Notes under the pieces: generated by a model
What the model was told of the DNA's origin: nothing
The model's database searches: none
What the model saw: only the letters and a program-made list of their open reading frames with translations
Source of the DNA: Acinetobacter phage phiAB441
Sequence record: PV420835.1
Reading direction: 5' to 3' (one strand)
DNA: 64,000 nt
Part shown: positions 47,727 through 56,989 of the stretch, one piece after another
Position numbering within the stretch: position 1 is the first letter of the stretch
How the letters are laid out: each line of letters starts with the position of its first letter
Position numbers and translations under genes: made by a program

Positions 47727-48005
47727 ATGGTAATGTTTTTCTTTAGCATATGTATTGCATTTGTTTTTTATAGTACAGTTGCTAATATTATTTGCAATTT
47801 TAACAAATGGTTGTCAGATATCCGAAAGTATGATGGCGACTTATACTGGTTTGTTTTAGTCATGTCTTCTTTATTTTGGATTGTTAGTTTACCGCTTTAT
47901 TTAACATTGTTTATAATGTTTTTATTAAAGTTGTTGACAGATAAAATTTCACAAGGTATTATTGGTTTAATTAATTCACGTAAGGTTAAAAAAGAGGAAA
48001 AGTAA
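47727..48005 (+). CDS. small membrane protein
   Basis: 92 aa, 3 TM; AAGGAG RBS before ATG 47727. Confidence 0.45.
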   Translation: MVMFFFSICIAFVFYSTVANIICNFNKWLSDIRKYDGDLYWFVLVMSSLFWIVSLPLYLTLFIMFLLKLLTDKISQGIIGLINSRKVKKEEK

Positions 48006-48806
48006 ATGTTAAAGAAATTATTAGTTTTAGGTTTAGTTGGTTTAACACTTGGTGGTTGTACTCGTGTAATGGATAGCGAGGTTGCCATTCGTGAGACATT
48101 CACTGGTGAGATTGAAGAGAAAGTATTAACTCAAGGTTTACATCAAACTGTTGTTGGGAATGTCATTAAGGTTTCTAAACGTAATCTTGTCTTGACAGTT
48201 AAAGGAACACCTATTGTTCAAGAAAAAATTGCTATGCGTAATTTTGAAATGAAAGTAAATTATGGTATTGTTCCTGATAACGCTGCTATTGCATACAAGA
48301 CTGAGAAAGCACAAAACATGACAACAGAAGATGGTGATGTTTATTTACTTGGTTACTATGTTGAGTATGTTGCTAAGTCTGCATTAAATGATGTGGTGTC
48401 TCGATACAAAGCATTGGAAGTTAATGATAATCGAACTAAGATTGAATCAGAGATTAAAGATTCTATCAACAAAAAGTTAGAGCAACAAGGTAAGAGTAAG
48501 TTTGTAAAAGTGAATGAGATTAATATTCTCAATGTTACACCTCCAACACAAATTACTGAATCGTCTGCTGCTATTCTGAAAAGTGAACAAGATTTGAAAA
48601 CTCGTAAGAATGAACTAGAAGTTGCTAAAGTTGAGCAAGAGAAAATGAAAGTGTTAGCACAACAAGCTGACCAACAATATGTCAATCTATTGAATGCTCA
48701 AGCTAATGCGACAACAGCAGAAGCTTTAAAGATTGCAGCATCAAAAGGAACATTAACAACAATCATTGTTCCTAAGGATTTTAATAGTCTTGGTAAATTA
48801 AACTAA
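48006..48806 (+). CDS. lipoprotein with SPFH/band-7-like domain
   Basis: signal peptide plus lipobox LTLGG-C; central and C-terminal region resembles prohibitin/band-7 fold with coiled-coil tail. Confidence 0.55.
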   Translation: MLKKLLVLGLVGLTLGGCTRVMDSEVAIRETFTGEIEEKVLTQGLHQTVVGNVIKVSKRNLVLTVKGTPIVQEKIAMRNFEMKVNYGIVPDNAAIAYKTEKAQNMTTEDGDVYLLGYYVEYVAKSALNDVVSRYKALEVNDNRTKIESEIKDSINKKLEQQGKSKFVKVNEINILNVTPPTQITESSAAILKSEQDLKTRKNELEVAKVEQEKMKVLAQQADQQYVNLLNAQANATTAEALKIAASKGTLTTIIVPKDFNSLGKLN

Positions 48807-48815
48807 TAAATATTC

Positions 48816-48850
48816 AAGAAGATGGGTTCTTTACTTGTCTTCTTTTTTAT
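48816..48850 (+). terminator. rho-independent terminator
   Basis: AAGAAGAT/GTCTTCTT stem, 13-nt loop, TTTTTT. Confidence 0.6.
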
Positions 48851-48891
48851 TATCTGTTATACTACATATGTGATTTAAAACAGAGTGTGTT

Positions 48892-49305
48892 ATGATGAAT
48901 TACGGAAAAGATGTATTTTACAATGAAGTCTATTGCAGACTTCTTGACAACAACCTCATATTAATTAAAGATTTTGCAACAAACAAAGAAGCTATATTGT
49001 TTTGTATTAATCAATTAGGAATACCTAACGATTATTTATATTGGAGTGAAGAAGATAATCATTTTAAACATGATCCAAAATTTTTATCTATTAAAAACAT
49101 TTTCATGGTTGGTTATAAGATAACTTTGAAAAATGGAAGTGACGGTTTCTGTAGTAATGTAATACAGACAAAACATATGATTAATAGTGCTTGGGAAGAT
49201 GATGTAGAACTCGGAATGGATGCAACAAAAGCAATTGATAAACACTCATTTGTGCGATTGAGTTTATTTATCACTTCTGAACAATATAAGCGCTTTATGA
49301 TGTGA
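48892..49305 (+). CDS. hypothetical protein
   Basis: 137 aa. Confidence 0.45.
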   Translation: MMNYGKDVFYNEVYCRLLDNNLILIKDFATNKEAILFCINQLGIPNDYLYWSEEDNHFKHDPKFLSIKNIFMVGYKITLKNGSDGFCSNVIQTKHMINSAWEDDVELGMDATKAIDKHSFVRLSLFITSEQYKRFMM

Positions 49306-49344
49306 GGGTATTATGTACGATATGATTATTGAGGAGTTGGAGTT

Positions 49345-49641
49345 ATGAGAATCTATGTAGATTGGATTGATGATCATTATATTAACAAACGTGTCGAAGT
49401 AGAAGATTTTACTGTTGCTTTGATATCTGGATTTGAAGCAATGGAAATATTATTTGATCAGTGTGTGGATAAGAATATGATGAATTGTTCTTATGTTGTC
49501 ATATTCTATCGAAAAGACTTAGGTGACATGCTTCCACAAACTGCACATCATTCTTTTTCTGTGGATTGTTTTGCATCACGGAACTTTGTATGGGCTAAAA
49601 TTGATCGTAAATATTTAGAGAAATTGATTGGAGACAACTAA
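49345..49641 (+). CDS. hypothetical protein
   Basis: 98 aa, GGAG RBS. Confidence 0.45.
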   Translation: MRIYVDWIDDHYINKRVEVEDFTVALISGFEAMEILFDQCVDKNMMNCSYVVIFYRKDLGDMLPQTAHHSFSVDCFASRNFVWAKIDRKYLEKLIGDN

Positions 49642-49838
49642 TGTACGACATGTTTGAAAATGATAAACTAGAAGGTACAACAGCTTTTGTTAATCAAGTG
49701 TTGGTAACTGTTAACTATGGACACTACATGCTAGAAACAGGGCTAATTAAGGAGTTATATGAAGCTCATGGAGAGCGTTGGTATTACGTTGTTCCAATTA
49801 ACATGTGGTTTCGTGAGGATACATTAGATGAAACTTAA
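49641..49838 (+). CDS. hypothetical protein
   Basis: 65 aa, ATGA-style coupling. Confidence 0.45.
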   Translation: MYDMFENDKLEGTTAFVNQVLVTVNYGHYMLETGLIKELYEAHGERWYYVVPINMWFREDTLDET

Positions 49839-49846
49839 ATTAATTG

Positions 49847-49875
49847 TTGACATTAGTTTTCTTGTCGATTAATAT
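49847..49875 (+). promoter_or_regulatory. sigma70-like promoter
   Basis: TTGACA-17 nt-TAATAT. Confidence 0.55.
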
Positions 49876-49909
49876 TTATTTATCAACTAACATAAACAAG
49901 GTAAATGTT

Positions 49910-50191
49910 ATGAACACAAATGAATTAAAATCTACAATCTTATCAACACATGCTAGATTGTTTAAAGTTGTATTTAAAAAGTCAGATGGTACAATTCGTA
50001 CTTTGTATGGTAAGGTGGGTGTTGAACGTTTCAAATCTAAGAAACCAAACAAACGTAAAGTTAGTAAATCAAATGAAAACATAATTCGTGTGTTTGATGT
50101 TGAGAAGAAAGAATATCGAGCATTCAATTTGTCAAGTGTCATTGAGTTCTCATGTAATAATAAACAATTTAAATTAGGAGAAGTTAAATAA
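49910..50191 (+). CDS. small basic (Lys-rich) protein, possible nucleic-acid binding
   Basis: start trimmed to ATG 49910 because track start 49844 lies inside the promoter; KSKKPNKRKVSKS stretch. Confidence 0.45.
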   Translation: MNTNELKSTILSTHARLFKVVFKKSDGTIRTLYGKVGVERFKSKKPNKRKVSKSNENIIRVFDVEKKEYRAFNLSSVIEFSCNNKQFKLGEVK

Positions 50192-50601
50192 TGGAATTAG
50201 CATTGTTAATTTGGTTTGCAAGTGTGTCAACTGGTATTGCAAAGCTATTTGGAACATTAGCTTTTATTATGATTTTACTGGTGATAGTTATTGTGTTCTT
50301 TAGTGCAATGTACTATCTTATAGAAGAAGAAGTTTTAAAAATAGTTGAGTATAAAAAATCTATTATTGGAGTTTTTATAGTCGGTTTGATTTTTGCTATA
50401 ATTTCTGTACTAATTCCAGATGAACGAACAGTTTACCTAATGGCTGGTGGATATGCTGGACAGAAAATTGTAGAGTCAGATAAGTTTCAGAAGAGTACAA
50501 ATGATGTTTATGAAATTGTTAACATGAAACTTGAACAAATTAAACGTGATATGCAAGAAGATTTAAATGGTGAACAGACACCAGAAGGAGAAAAGAAATG
50601 A
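50191..50601 (+). CDS. membrane protein (2-3 TM)
   Basis: 136 aa, ATG overlaps upstream stop. Confidence 0.5.
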   Translation: MELALLIWFASVSTGIAKLFGTLAFIMILLVIVIVFFSAMYYLIEEEVLKIVEYKKSIIGVFIVGLIFAIISVLIPDERTVYLMAGGYAGQKIVESDKFQKSTNDVYEIVNMKLEQIKRDMQEDLNGEQTPEGEKK

Positions 50602-50990
50602 GTGTAACAGTATATGAGCAACTAATTGGTAAAACATTTGATAAAGTTTACCAAAATGATGATGTAATTTACTTTGAAAAAGATGGAGAAGTTTTATATA
50701 AACTAGCTCATAGTCAAGACTGTTGTGAACATGTTTATATTGAAAGTATTGTTGGTGATCTTAATGATCTAACAGGACAACCTTTGTATATTGCTGAAGT
50801 TGTTTATCAAGATGCTTCGGATGAAGAAGACAGTGATGGTTATATTCCTGACTCAGCTACATGGTCATTCTTTAAGTTTGCAACAATTAAGGGTTATGTA
50901 GATATTCGTTTTCACGGTTCTAGTAACGGTTATTACTCTGAGACCGCTGAATTATTTGAAAAAGGTTCTTGGGGTTTCAATTATGTTTAA
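50598..50990 (+). CDS. hypothetical protein
   Basis: 130 aa. Confidence 0.5.
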   Translation: MSVTVYEQLIGKTFDKVYQNDDVIYFEKDGEVLYKLAHSQDCCEHVYIESIVGDLNDLTGQPLYIAEVVYQDASDEEDSDGYIPDSATWSFFKFATIKGYVDIRFHGSSNGYYSETAELFEKGSWGFNYV

Positions 50991-51351
50991 GTCTTTTGTT
51001 GTTACAACACTTGTTTTATTATGTACAGCTTGTTCATTAAGCCCTAAACCTACATTAACTAAGCGTATTGAACTGTCTAATGGTATGTACTATTCATATA
51101 CATGTAAAGAAAATGGTCAATATTCGTGTAATGCAGATGATTTTGTAGCTGAACGATCTATTGGTGAAGATACACAATATTTCTGTGATCTTGGTGGTGA
51201 TTTCTATATTATTAAATCTCGATATAAAGGTGGCAGTTCAGCCATTCTTCAACAAGGGATTAGTTGTAAATTCTTTGTAGAAAGAACGAAGAAGATCAAA
51301 ATGGTAGATGGAAAAGAAAAGATTGAAACAGAAACTTTATCTTACCAATAA
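50956..51351 (+). CDS. secreted or lipoprotein, Cys-rich
   Basis: N-terminal signal peptide (LVLLCTAC), multiple Cys. Confidence 0.5.
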   Translation: MKKVLGVSIMFKSFVVTTLVLLCTACSLSPKPTLTKRIELSNGMYYSYTCKENGQYSCNADDFVAERSIGEDTQYFCDLGGDFYIIKSRYKGGSSAILQQGISCKFFVERTKKIKMVDGKEKIETETLSYQ

Positions 51352-51369
51352 ACTAGTAAATTAATTTTA

Positions 51370-51405
51370 AAGAGACGTTGACTTAATGTTGACATCTCTT
51401 TTTAT
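51370..51405 (+). terminator. rho-independent terminator (conserved-loop type)
   Basis: AGAGACGTTGAC-TTAATG-TTGACATCTCT stem-loop followed by TTTTTATTT; upper stem and loop almost identical to terminator at 41938. Confidence 0.7.
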
Positions 51406-51432
51406 TTGTCTACAATAAAGACATAGACAAAC

Positions 51433-51747
51433 ATGTTGGAGATTAATATGGAACATATTGAGCTTTGTAAAACTTATAGCAATCAAAATGAAATTCAATT
51501 TAATTATAGTTTAGACAATACAAACTATTTAATTATTGTCGATGTTGAATATTGGACTGTTAAGCAAGACAGCTACGGTGTACACAGCAGTTCTTGGACG
51601 GAAGTTGATGCTGAGAGTTTTGAATTTACTTATCAAGTATTCGATATTGAGTCAGATGATTTAACTTTCAATGATGCAATATCAGAAGATGAATTAAAAT
51701 TCATTGAGCAAGAATGTATTAATTATTTAAATGATGAGTATGTGTGA
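51433..51747 (+). CDS. hypothetical acidic protein
   Basis: 104 aa. Confidence 0.5.
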   Translation: MLEINMEHIELCKTYSNQNEIQFNYSLDNTNYLIIVDVEYWTVKQDSYGVHSSSWTEVDAESFEFTYQVFDIESDDLTFNDAISEDELKFIEQECINYLNDEYV

Positions 51748-51757
51748 GGATATAGTA

Positions 51758-51892
51758 TGAATGAGTTTGTTTTAAATGATTATGATGAGTATGAAGATTT
51801 ATTAGAGTACTATCTAAATAAAGGTTATACTTATCAAGAAGCAAGAGCAATCACAGAAAGTATTTTATATGGTGATTTGGATATTGAGTAAT
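51758..51892 (+). CDS. small acidic hypothetical protein (44 aa)
   Basis: fills gap; below ORF-track cutoff. Confidence 0.3.
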
Positions 51893-51897
51893 AATAA

Positions 51898-52125
51898 ATG
51901 ATAAATAAAAAGCAATTGACACTGTTAAGAGAATGGTCATTATTGAGGGTGGGTGATGTGTTTAAATCTTACCATTCAGGAAGTACCTACATTGTCACAG
52001 ATGTCACTGAACATTATGTACAATTTAAGTATGTGAGTAATCCTATTAAATATTTATTTGTTATACCTCTCAATATCAGATCATTTGAGGGGTTTCGTTT
52101 TGAGAAGTTAAATAAGGAGAATTAA
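51898..52125 (+). CDS. hypothetical protein
   Basis: 75 aa. Confidence 0.45.
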   Translation: MINKKQLTLLREWSLLRVGDVFKSYHSGSTYIVTDVTEHYVQFKYVSNPIKYLFVIPLNIRSFEGFRFEKLNKEN

Positions 52126-52413
52126 GTGCAGCACATTATTTACACGATATATGGTATTGAGGATTCATCACCTTATTCTGATAAGAAAGATTTAATTGTG
52201 TGTTCTCACAACAAAGAAAAGATTGATTTGATTTATAATTATCTATTGAACTTACTCTTTATCGAAGATATAGCTTACTTTGGTAATTACAGTTCAATTG
52301 AAGCCTACTCGTTTGTTAGAGATTATTTGATTGAGATTTATAATATGACAGGATTAAAGAATATATCAGGGTACACTAGTTTTAGACTTGAAGAGTATCA
52401 TCTTTATAAATGA
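52126..52413 (+). CDS. hypothetical protein
   Basis: 95 aa, GTG start with AAGGAG RBS; last +strand gene. Confidence 0.45.
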   Translation: MQHIIYTIYGIEDSSPYSDKKDLIVCSHNKEKIDLIYNYLLNLLFIEDIAYFGNYSSIEAYSFVRDYLIEIYNMTGLKNISGYTSFRLEEYHLYK

Positions 52414-52417
52414 ATAA

Positions 52418-52440
52418 AAACCCGCTTAGCGCGGGTTTCT
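52418..52440. terminator. bidirectional rho-independent terminator between convergent gene blocks
   Basis: AAACCCGC-TTAGC-GCGGGTTT with T-runs on both strands. Confidence 0.75.
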
Positions 52441-52451
52441 TTATGTTTAAA

Positions 52452-53192
52452 TTAAAGTAATTCAATAAACTTACTTAACACTCTTTTTAATTCTGTATTA
52501 CTTAATTCACGAGTTTTCTCCTTACTTTCCAACAATTCATTCTTTAAACCATTAACGTAACTAGAGCACGCAACAACATTAGACGGTTCGTAACCTTTCT
52601 TATCATCAATACGATCTAATGATAAAGAATGTTTACCTTCCATAGTTAACGTAATACCAGAATAGTAACACTTCTTACGAGATAATAATCGTTTCATATC
52701 AGCAAACGATAATGAAAATTCAATACCACGTTTAGCGCATTGCACTTGCTTGTGAAGCATCTTTAAACTCACATATGTATCAAATGGTACTTTGTTTAAT
52801 GGAGTCATTAATGTTTCAAAAGCTTCGTTAGTATTTCGTAAATCAATTGTATAATCTATATCATAACCTTTACGATTGAATATGGTTAATGTCTTATCTT
52901 CGCACAGAAGTATGAACGGGTCATTAATATTAAGAATAGTTTTAATACCATTCTCATTCGTACTGTCAGATAGTTTAATCACATCATTTAAACATAGCGA
53001 CATTAGAATACTATTATACTCTTCTACAAATGCTACTTTAAAGTTCACTGCATTGCGATTAGAGCAATAGTTCATGATGAGATAGTCTAACGTATAGGCT
53101 AAGCATTTAGATGCCTTAGTGGTGAATTTAGGCACGTCTGTGAAAGCACATAATTCAGAGACAGTAGATTGTTTATTAAAATCGAATGACAT
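52452..53192 (-). CDS. HNH-like nuclease domain protein
   Basis: C-terminal HSLSLDRIDDKKGYEPSNVVACSSYVN resembles HNH core. Confidence 0.45.
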   Translation of the reverse strand: MSFDFNKQSTVSELCAFTDVPKFTTKASKCLAYTLDYLIMNYCSNRNAVNFKVAFVEEYNSILMSLCLNDVIKLSDSTNENGIKTILNINDPFILLCEDKTLTIFNRKGYDIDYTIDLRNTNEAFETLMTPLNKVPFDTYVSLKMLHKQVQCAKRGIEFSLSFADMKRLLSRKKCYYSGITLTMEGKHSLSLDRIDDKKGYEPSNVVACSSYVNGLKNELLESKEKTRELSNTELKRVLSKFIELL

Positions 53193-53289
53193 ATCAAATT
53201 CCTTGTGTAATAAAAAGAGAGCTATAAATTTCTTTACGCTCTCTTGGTATATTAAGGAATTAGATGTGGTGTGTCAATATTATCAACCA

Positions 53290-53508
53290 TTAAGATAGAA
53301 AAATTTTAAAAATGAAGTAGTCAAAAGTATACGCAATAAAGAACATCATAAACAACAACTGCATCACAATAGAACCAATGATCTTTTTTAATGTGAGTGA
53401 TTGTTCAACATCTTCTTTCGTTAAATTATTACGTACAACACCTAATGCAACTAGAGAAGGGAATGCTGATACAATAAATAAACCAATTACAAAAATAATT
53501 ATTTCCAT
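53290..53508 (-). CDS. small membrane protein (2 TM)
   Basis: 72 aa hydrophobic. Confidence 0.45.
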   Translation of the reverse strand: MEIIIFVIGLFIVSAFPSLVALGVVRNNLTKEDVEQSLTLKKIIGSIVMQLLFMMFFIAYTFDYFIFKIFLS

Positions 53509-53798
53509 TAGTTATCTCCACATCTAACAATTTGACTTATAATGCCTCTATCTTTTTGTTCGGTGAAGTTTTCGTTGTAAACATTAATCACAACATCGAA
53601 ACCATTAGCTTTGATACTACCCGAAACTAAACCACAAGCTGTATCTAAATCTTGTTTTAAAATTTCTACTAAATCTATGATCTGCGGTAGATCAACCAGT
53701 TCAGAATTAATACCAGATTCAAAAAGTGTATGGTATTGTCCAGAATAATATTTCCCACTCTTCTTATAAGCAGAAAAACTTACAACATAATTCGACAT
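53508..53798 (-). CDS. hypothetical protein
   Basis: 96 aa. Confidence 0.45.
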   Translation of the reverse strand: MSNYVVSFSAYKKSGKYYSGQYHTLFESGINSELVDLPQIIDLVEILKQDLDTACGLVSGSIKANGFDVVINVYNENFTEQKDRGIISQIVRCGDN

Positions 53799-53811
53799 AT
53801 TAACATTCTCC

Positions 53812-54042
53812 TTATTCAGAACAAATTAATAAAATTTTATTGTATGCAACTACACTGTTAACTTCATAGTAGACATACTGACACATCTCTTCAGATAGAT
53901 GGTGTTGTAGAACAGAATTTGATAAAACATATTGACCAAATCGTTGTGTTCTATCACCACTATTCCACTTTAAGTATAACTTATTAAGCTCTTTGATTGT
54001 CATGGTAATGAATCCTGTGTTTGTATGATTAAATAGTATCAT
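53812..54042 (-). CDS. hypothetical protein
   Basis: 76 aa. Confidence 0.4.
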   Translation of the reverse strand: MILFNHTNTGFITMTIKELNKLYLKWNSGDRTQRFGQYVLSNSVLQHHLSEEMCQYVYYEVNSVVAYNKILLICSE

Positions 54043-54044
54043 TA

Positions 54045-54833
54045 CTAATCATTGATGTCAACTTGATAATTCATTAAAGCTTGAAAAGCTCTTGGATCAA
54101 TCTTGTCTTTCCATTTTAAAGCTTGTTCTTTAATAAAATCTTCCTTAGCTTTCTTATAAGCATAGAAAGCTTCTTCAGGTGTGTTGAAAAAACCAACAGT
54201 CATGACTGTACTATTACCTCTTCCGCAAGTTGCTGTAAATTTTTTGTTTGTTTTATGATAGGACACACCAATTGGGTACTGACCTCTGGATTTATTATTC
54301 TTAACCAAAAGATTATTCAATTCTTGTGGTAAGAAAACACAAGTGTCTTCGCTGTAAATTTTATTACCTTTTATTAGTAAATCCTTATCTAAAGCCCAGC
54401 CTGTATTTCCAAATCCAATTTGATTATTACACCACTCATAAAAATATTCATAGTGCTTAAAATTTTCTGATACATAACAACTTTCATATGTTGGATATTT
54501 TTCTCTTGAACTTTCATTATAACAACGATTCAGTAAACCTCTCCAAATACTATACTCTGGTCTAATTTTTCTGTTACCAAATACATCTTTATATGTTGGT
54601 GAATATTTATCTCCAGTAATTCCAACACCATAAACTGAAGGTATTTGATAGTCTTTAACCTTACCTGTTCTAATATCACTCATTCCGCAAACAGTTTTAT
54701 AACCAGTTATTAAAAATTCAATTTCAACTGTATATTTATCAGTATAATTTTTAATAACAAAACGCCCACTGTTAGTTGACTTGAAAATCTTACCGACACA
54801 GTTTTTGTAATCAACATCATTTAAATATTTCAT
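54045..54833 (-). CDS. AP2-domain, degenerate-HNH homing-endonuclease-like protein (copy 2)
   Basis: C-terminal 150 aa about 80% identical to 23638..24435 product (SENFKHYEYFYEWCN...NTPEEAFYAYKKAKE...KWKDKIDPRAF). Confidence 0.7.
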   Translation of the reverse strand: MKYLNDVDYKNCVGKIFKSTNSGRFVIKNYTDKYTVEIEFLITGYKTVCGMSDIRTGKVKDYQIPSVYGVGITGDKYSPTYKDVFGNRKIRPEYSIWRGLLNRCYNESSREKYPTYESCYVSENFKHYEYFYEWCNNQIGFGNTGWALDKDLLIKGNKIYSEDTCVFLPQELNNLLVKNNKSRGQYPIGVSYHKTNKKFTATCGRGNSTVMTVGFFNTPEEAFYAYKKAKEDFIKEQALKWKDKIDPRAFQALMNYQVDIND

Positions 54834-54844
54834 CTACTTACTCT

Positions 54845-55339
54845 TCATCTTAATCTATCAACAAAAGACAATCTTATCATCACTCTCGTACACTCCTTTG
54901 TCATTATAGGTGACTTGTGATGAATTCTACCATATTTATAAATAGAATTAGGTTCTGTTTCTCCAATCAATTTATACTCACCATCAACTAAATCAAAGAA
55001 CTTGGTAAGACCTGTATTTGTGTATAACAAGTGTGTCTCTTGCTTATTAGGATGATTAATGTCCTTAACATAATCGGTGTGTATCTGATTCAAGTGATCA
55101 CCACTATCACCTTCTTTGAGGTTGCGTACTTTAACATCAAGATAACATAATTCGTATTGATTGAATAAAGTTCTAGAGTTGTCTAACATAACTAAAATAA
55201 TACTTTGAATTTGCTCATCGAAAAAGTCTGATATAAATCTTAATAGATGCAAACCATTATTAATTCTTTTGTACTTGACTTCATGTAAAGGTGTGTTTGT
55301 GAAATCAAAACTACCTTCAAATGTTTTAATCTTTTGCAT
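54845..55339 (-). CDS. hypothetical protein
   Basis: 164 aa. Confidence 0.5.
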   Translation of the reverse strand: MQKIKTFEGSFDFTNTPLHEVKYKRINNGLHLLRFISDFFDEQIQSIILVMLDNSRTLFNQYELCYLDVKVRNLKEGDSGDHLNQIHTDYVKDINHPNKQETHLLYTNTGLTKFFDLVDGEYKLIGETEPNSIYKYGRIHHKSPIMTKECTRVMIRLSFVDRLR

Positions 55340-55406
55340 ATATAATTCCTAGATATAAAAGAAGGACACTCAACTAAGAATGTCCTTTGTGTTAATGTTT
55401 TATTGA

Positions 55407-55898
55407 TCAATATCCACAATCATAATGGTCATAATCAAAAGTTACTTCCTCACCTTTCACTTTGATTTTAACTTCATAGTTTGTAGTGTAAATCTCATCA
55501 ATCAATTCTGATAATGCTCGCATATCACTAGAGAATGTAGGGTTGTCTGCATGTTGTGAATTAATTGATGTCATATTCACTGTATCAATTTCCAATAACT
55601 CTGCATAATCTTCGTATTCATCTGCATACAATTCATCATTATAAAAATATTGACAACCACTTTCACTAGAAAATGCTCCATTACAAATAGAATAATCATA
55701 ATGATGTGAAACCTCATCTCCATCATTCCATGTTGGTGTATAACCACGCACAACAATTGCAAAGTCACCATACTTAACTTTCAATTCTTGAATAACTTGT
55801 TTAATAAAGTCATCATTCAATGTTTTCATATAAGCAACATATTCTTCACGAATTGTTTTGAATTTCTCAAAAGTGTTTTGGTTGATAATGTTTGTCAT
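55407..55898 (-). CDS. hypothetical acidic protein
   Basis: 163 aa, Tyr/Asp/Glu-rich. Confidence 0.5.
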   Translation of the reverse strand: MTNIINQNTFEKFKTIREEYVAYMKTLNDDFIKQVIQELKVKYGDFAIVVRGYTPTWNDGDEVSHHYDYSICNGAFSSESGCQYFYNDELYADEYEDYAELLEIDTVNMTSINSQHADNPTFSSDMRALSELIDEIYTTNYEVKIKVKGEEVTFDYDHYDCGY

Positions 55899-55925
55899 TT
55901 GTTTCTCCTTAATTAAAAATAAATA

Positions 55926-56315
55926 TTACTTTAAACGTTTCATTTCTTTTTTACAGAAATCATAAATCTCTAAAGCTAATTCCTCAATCGGAACATAACC
56001 GTATACTGTATCAAGAGGATTCTGTTTATCTTCAGCGTACTTATTAATAAAGTTATCGCTAAATTTAAAGCTAGGAAACCCAACTTCCACATGTGTATAT
56101 TCAGAACAATTCTTACGTGGTGTACAGTAATGAAAATCACTCGCTTGAATTGAAGCTTGATATTTATGAATTTCTACACCATCAACAAGGATATTGAAAG
56201 TAAATGGTGGAACACGTTGTAACTGAAATAACTGTTCATAACCATGCATATTATTAAAGTCTCGACCATTTACAGTTGCTTTAACATGCTCTAAAATTTC
56301 TTCATATGTAAACAT
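55926..56315 (-). CDS. hypothetical protein
   Basis: 129 aa, AGGAG RBS; minus-strand TTGACT-17-TAATAT promoter at 56345..56373. Confidence 0.5.
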   Translation of the reverse strand: MFTYEEILEHVKATVNGRDFNNMHGYEQLFQLQRVPPFTFNILVDGVEIHKYQASIQASDFHYCTPRKNCSEYTHVEVGFPSFKFSDNFINKYAEDKQNPLDTVYGYVPIEELALEIYDFCKKEMKRLK

Positions 56316-56409
56316 TAATATCTCCTAGTTAATTTACATTTTTAATATTACTTCAAACTTGTATTTAAGTCAACACTATTTTTCCATTGATCATAAGTTA
56401 TTTGTTTCT

Positions 56410-56640
56410 CTACCACTCGTGAGTATTTATCGTACCATTATTTATCTCCAACTGACTTTTAAGTTCTTCAGCCACTAAATATTGATGATTGTAACCCAGC
56501 ACAAAGAAATGTTTTGCTAGCTGTTTATCGTAACCATTACCAAAATTTTCACAAAAATCATCCCATAATTTATCGAAAAGTTCAGTTCGTTCTTTTAACT
56601 TTTGCTTTTGATCAATCATTATTTGTCTCCAACAACACAC
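56410..56640 (-). CDS. hypothetical protein
   Basis: 76 aa. Confidence 0.4.
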   Translation of the reverse strand: MCCWRQIMIDQKQKLKERTELFDKLWDDFCENFGNGYDKQLAKHFFVLGYNHQYLVAEELKSQLEINNGTINTHEW

Positions 56641-56819
56641 GGATAAAAGTGTAATTCATTTGTATGAAGTAAAGCATGAACAGGTAATATTGTCAACTTC
56701 TCATCTGGCAAAATACCCTTAATCTTCTGTACATGTGTTAAATAATCACCATGTTTAGTTACACGAAAGAAAGTTTTAGTTTTCTCATGATAACACATTT
56801 GATTAATACGTTTTTCCAT
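56619..56819 (-). CDS. hypothetical protein
   Basis: 66 aa, GGAG RBS; preceded on minus strand by a terminator hairpin (AGATGA/TCATCT plus T7) at 56836..56866. Confidence 0.4.
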   Translation of the reverse strand: MEKRINQMCYHEKTKTFFRVTKHGDYLTHVQKIKGILPDEKLTILPVHALLHTNELHFYPCVVGDK

Positions 56820-56989
56820 TTTATCAAATCTCCAATAAAAAAGATGACTATCTTTGTTAAGACAATCATCTCAAAATTAAAACTAGATGTCAACTAATTT
56901 CTTTAATTTTTCAAAAACTAATTGGTACATATCATTCACTTGATATTGTTTAGGTTCATTATATGAACTATGCTTAATTGGATGACATG

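Noticed and set aside
53215-53278. Minus-strand promoter (TTGACA-18-TAATAT) immediately followed by an AAGAGAGC/GCTCTCTT hairpin plus U-run upstream of 52452..53192
   Set aside because: The promoter -10 abuts the hairpin, so the two cannot both function as drawn. Left unresolved rather than called as an attenuator.
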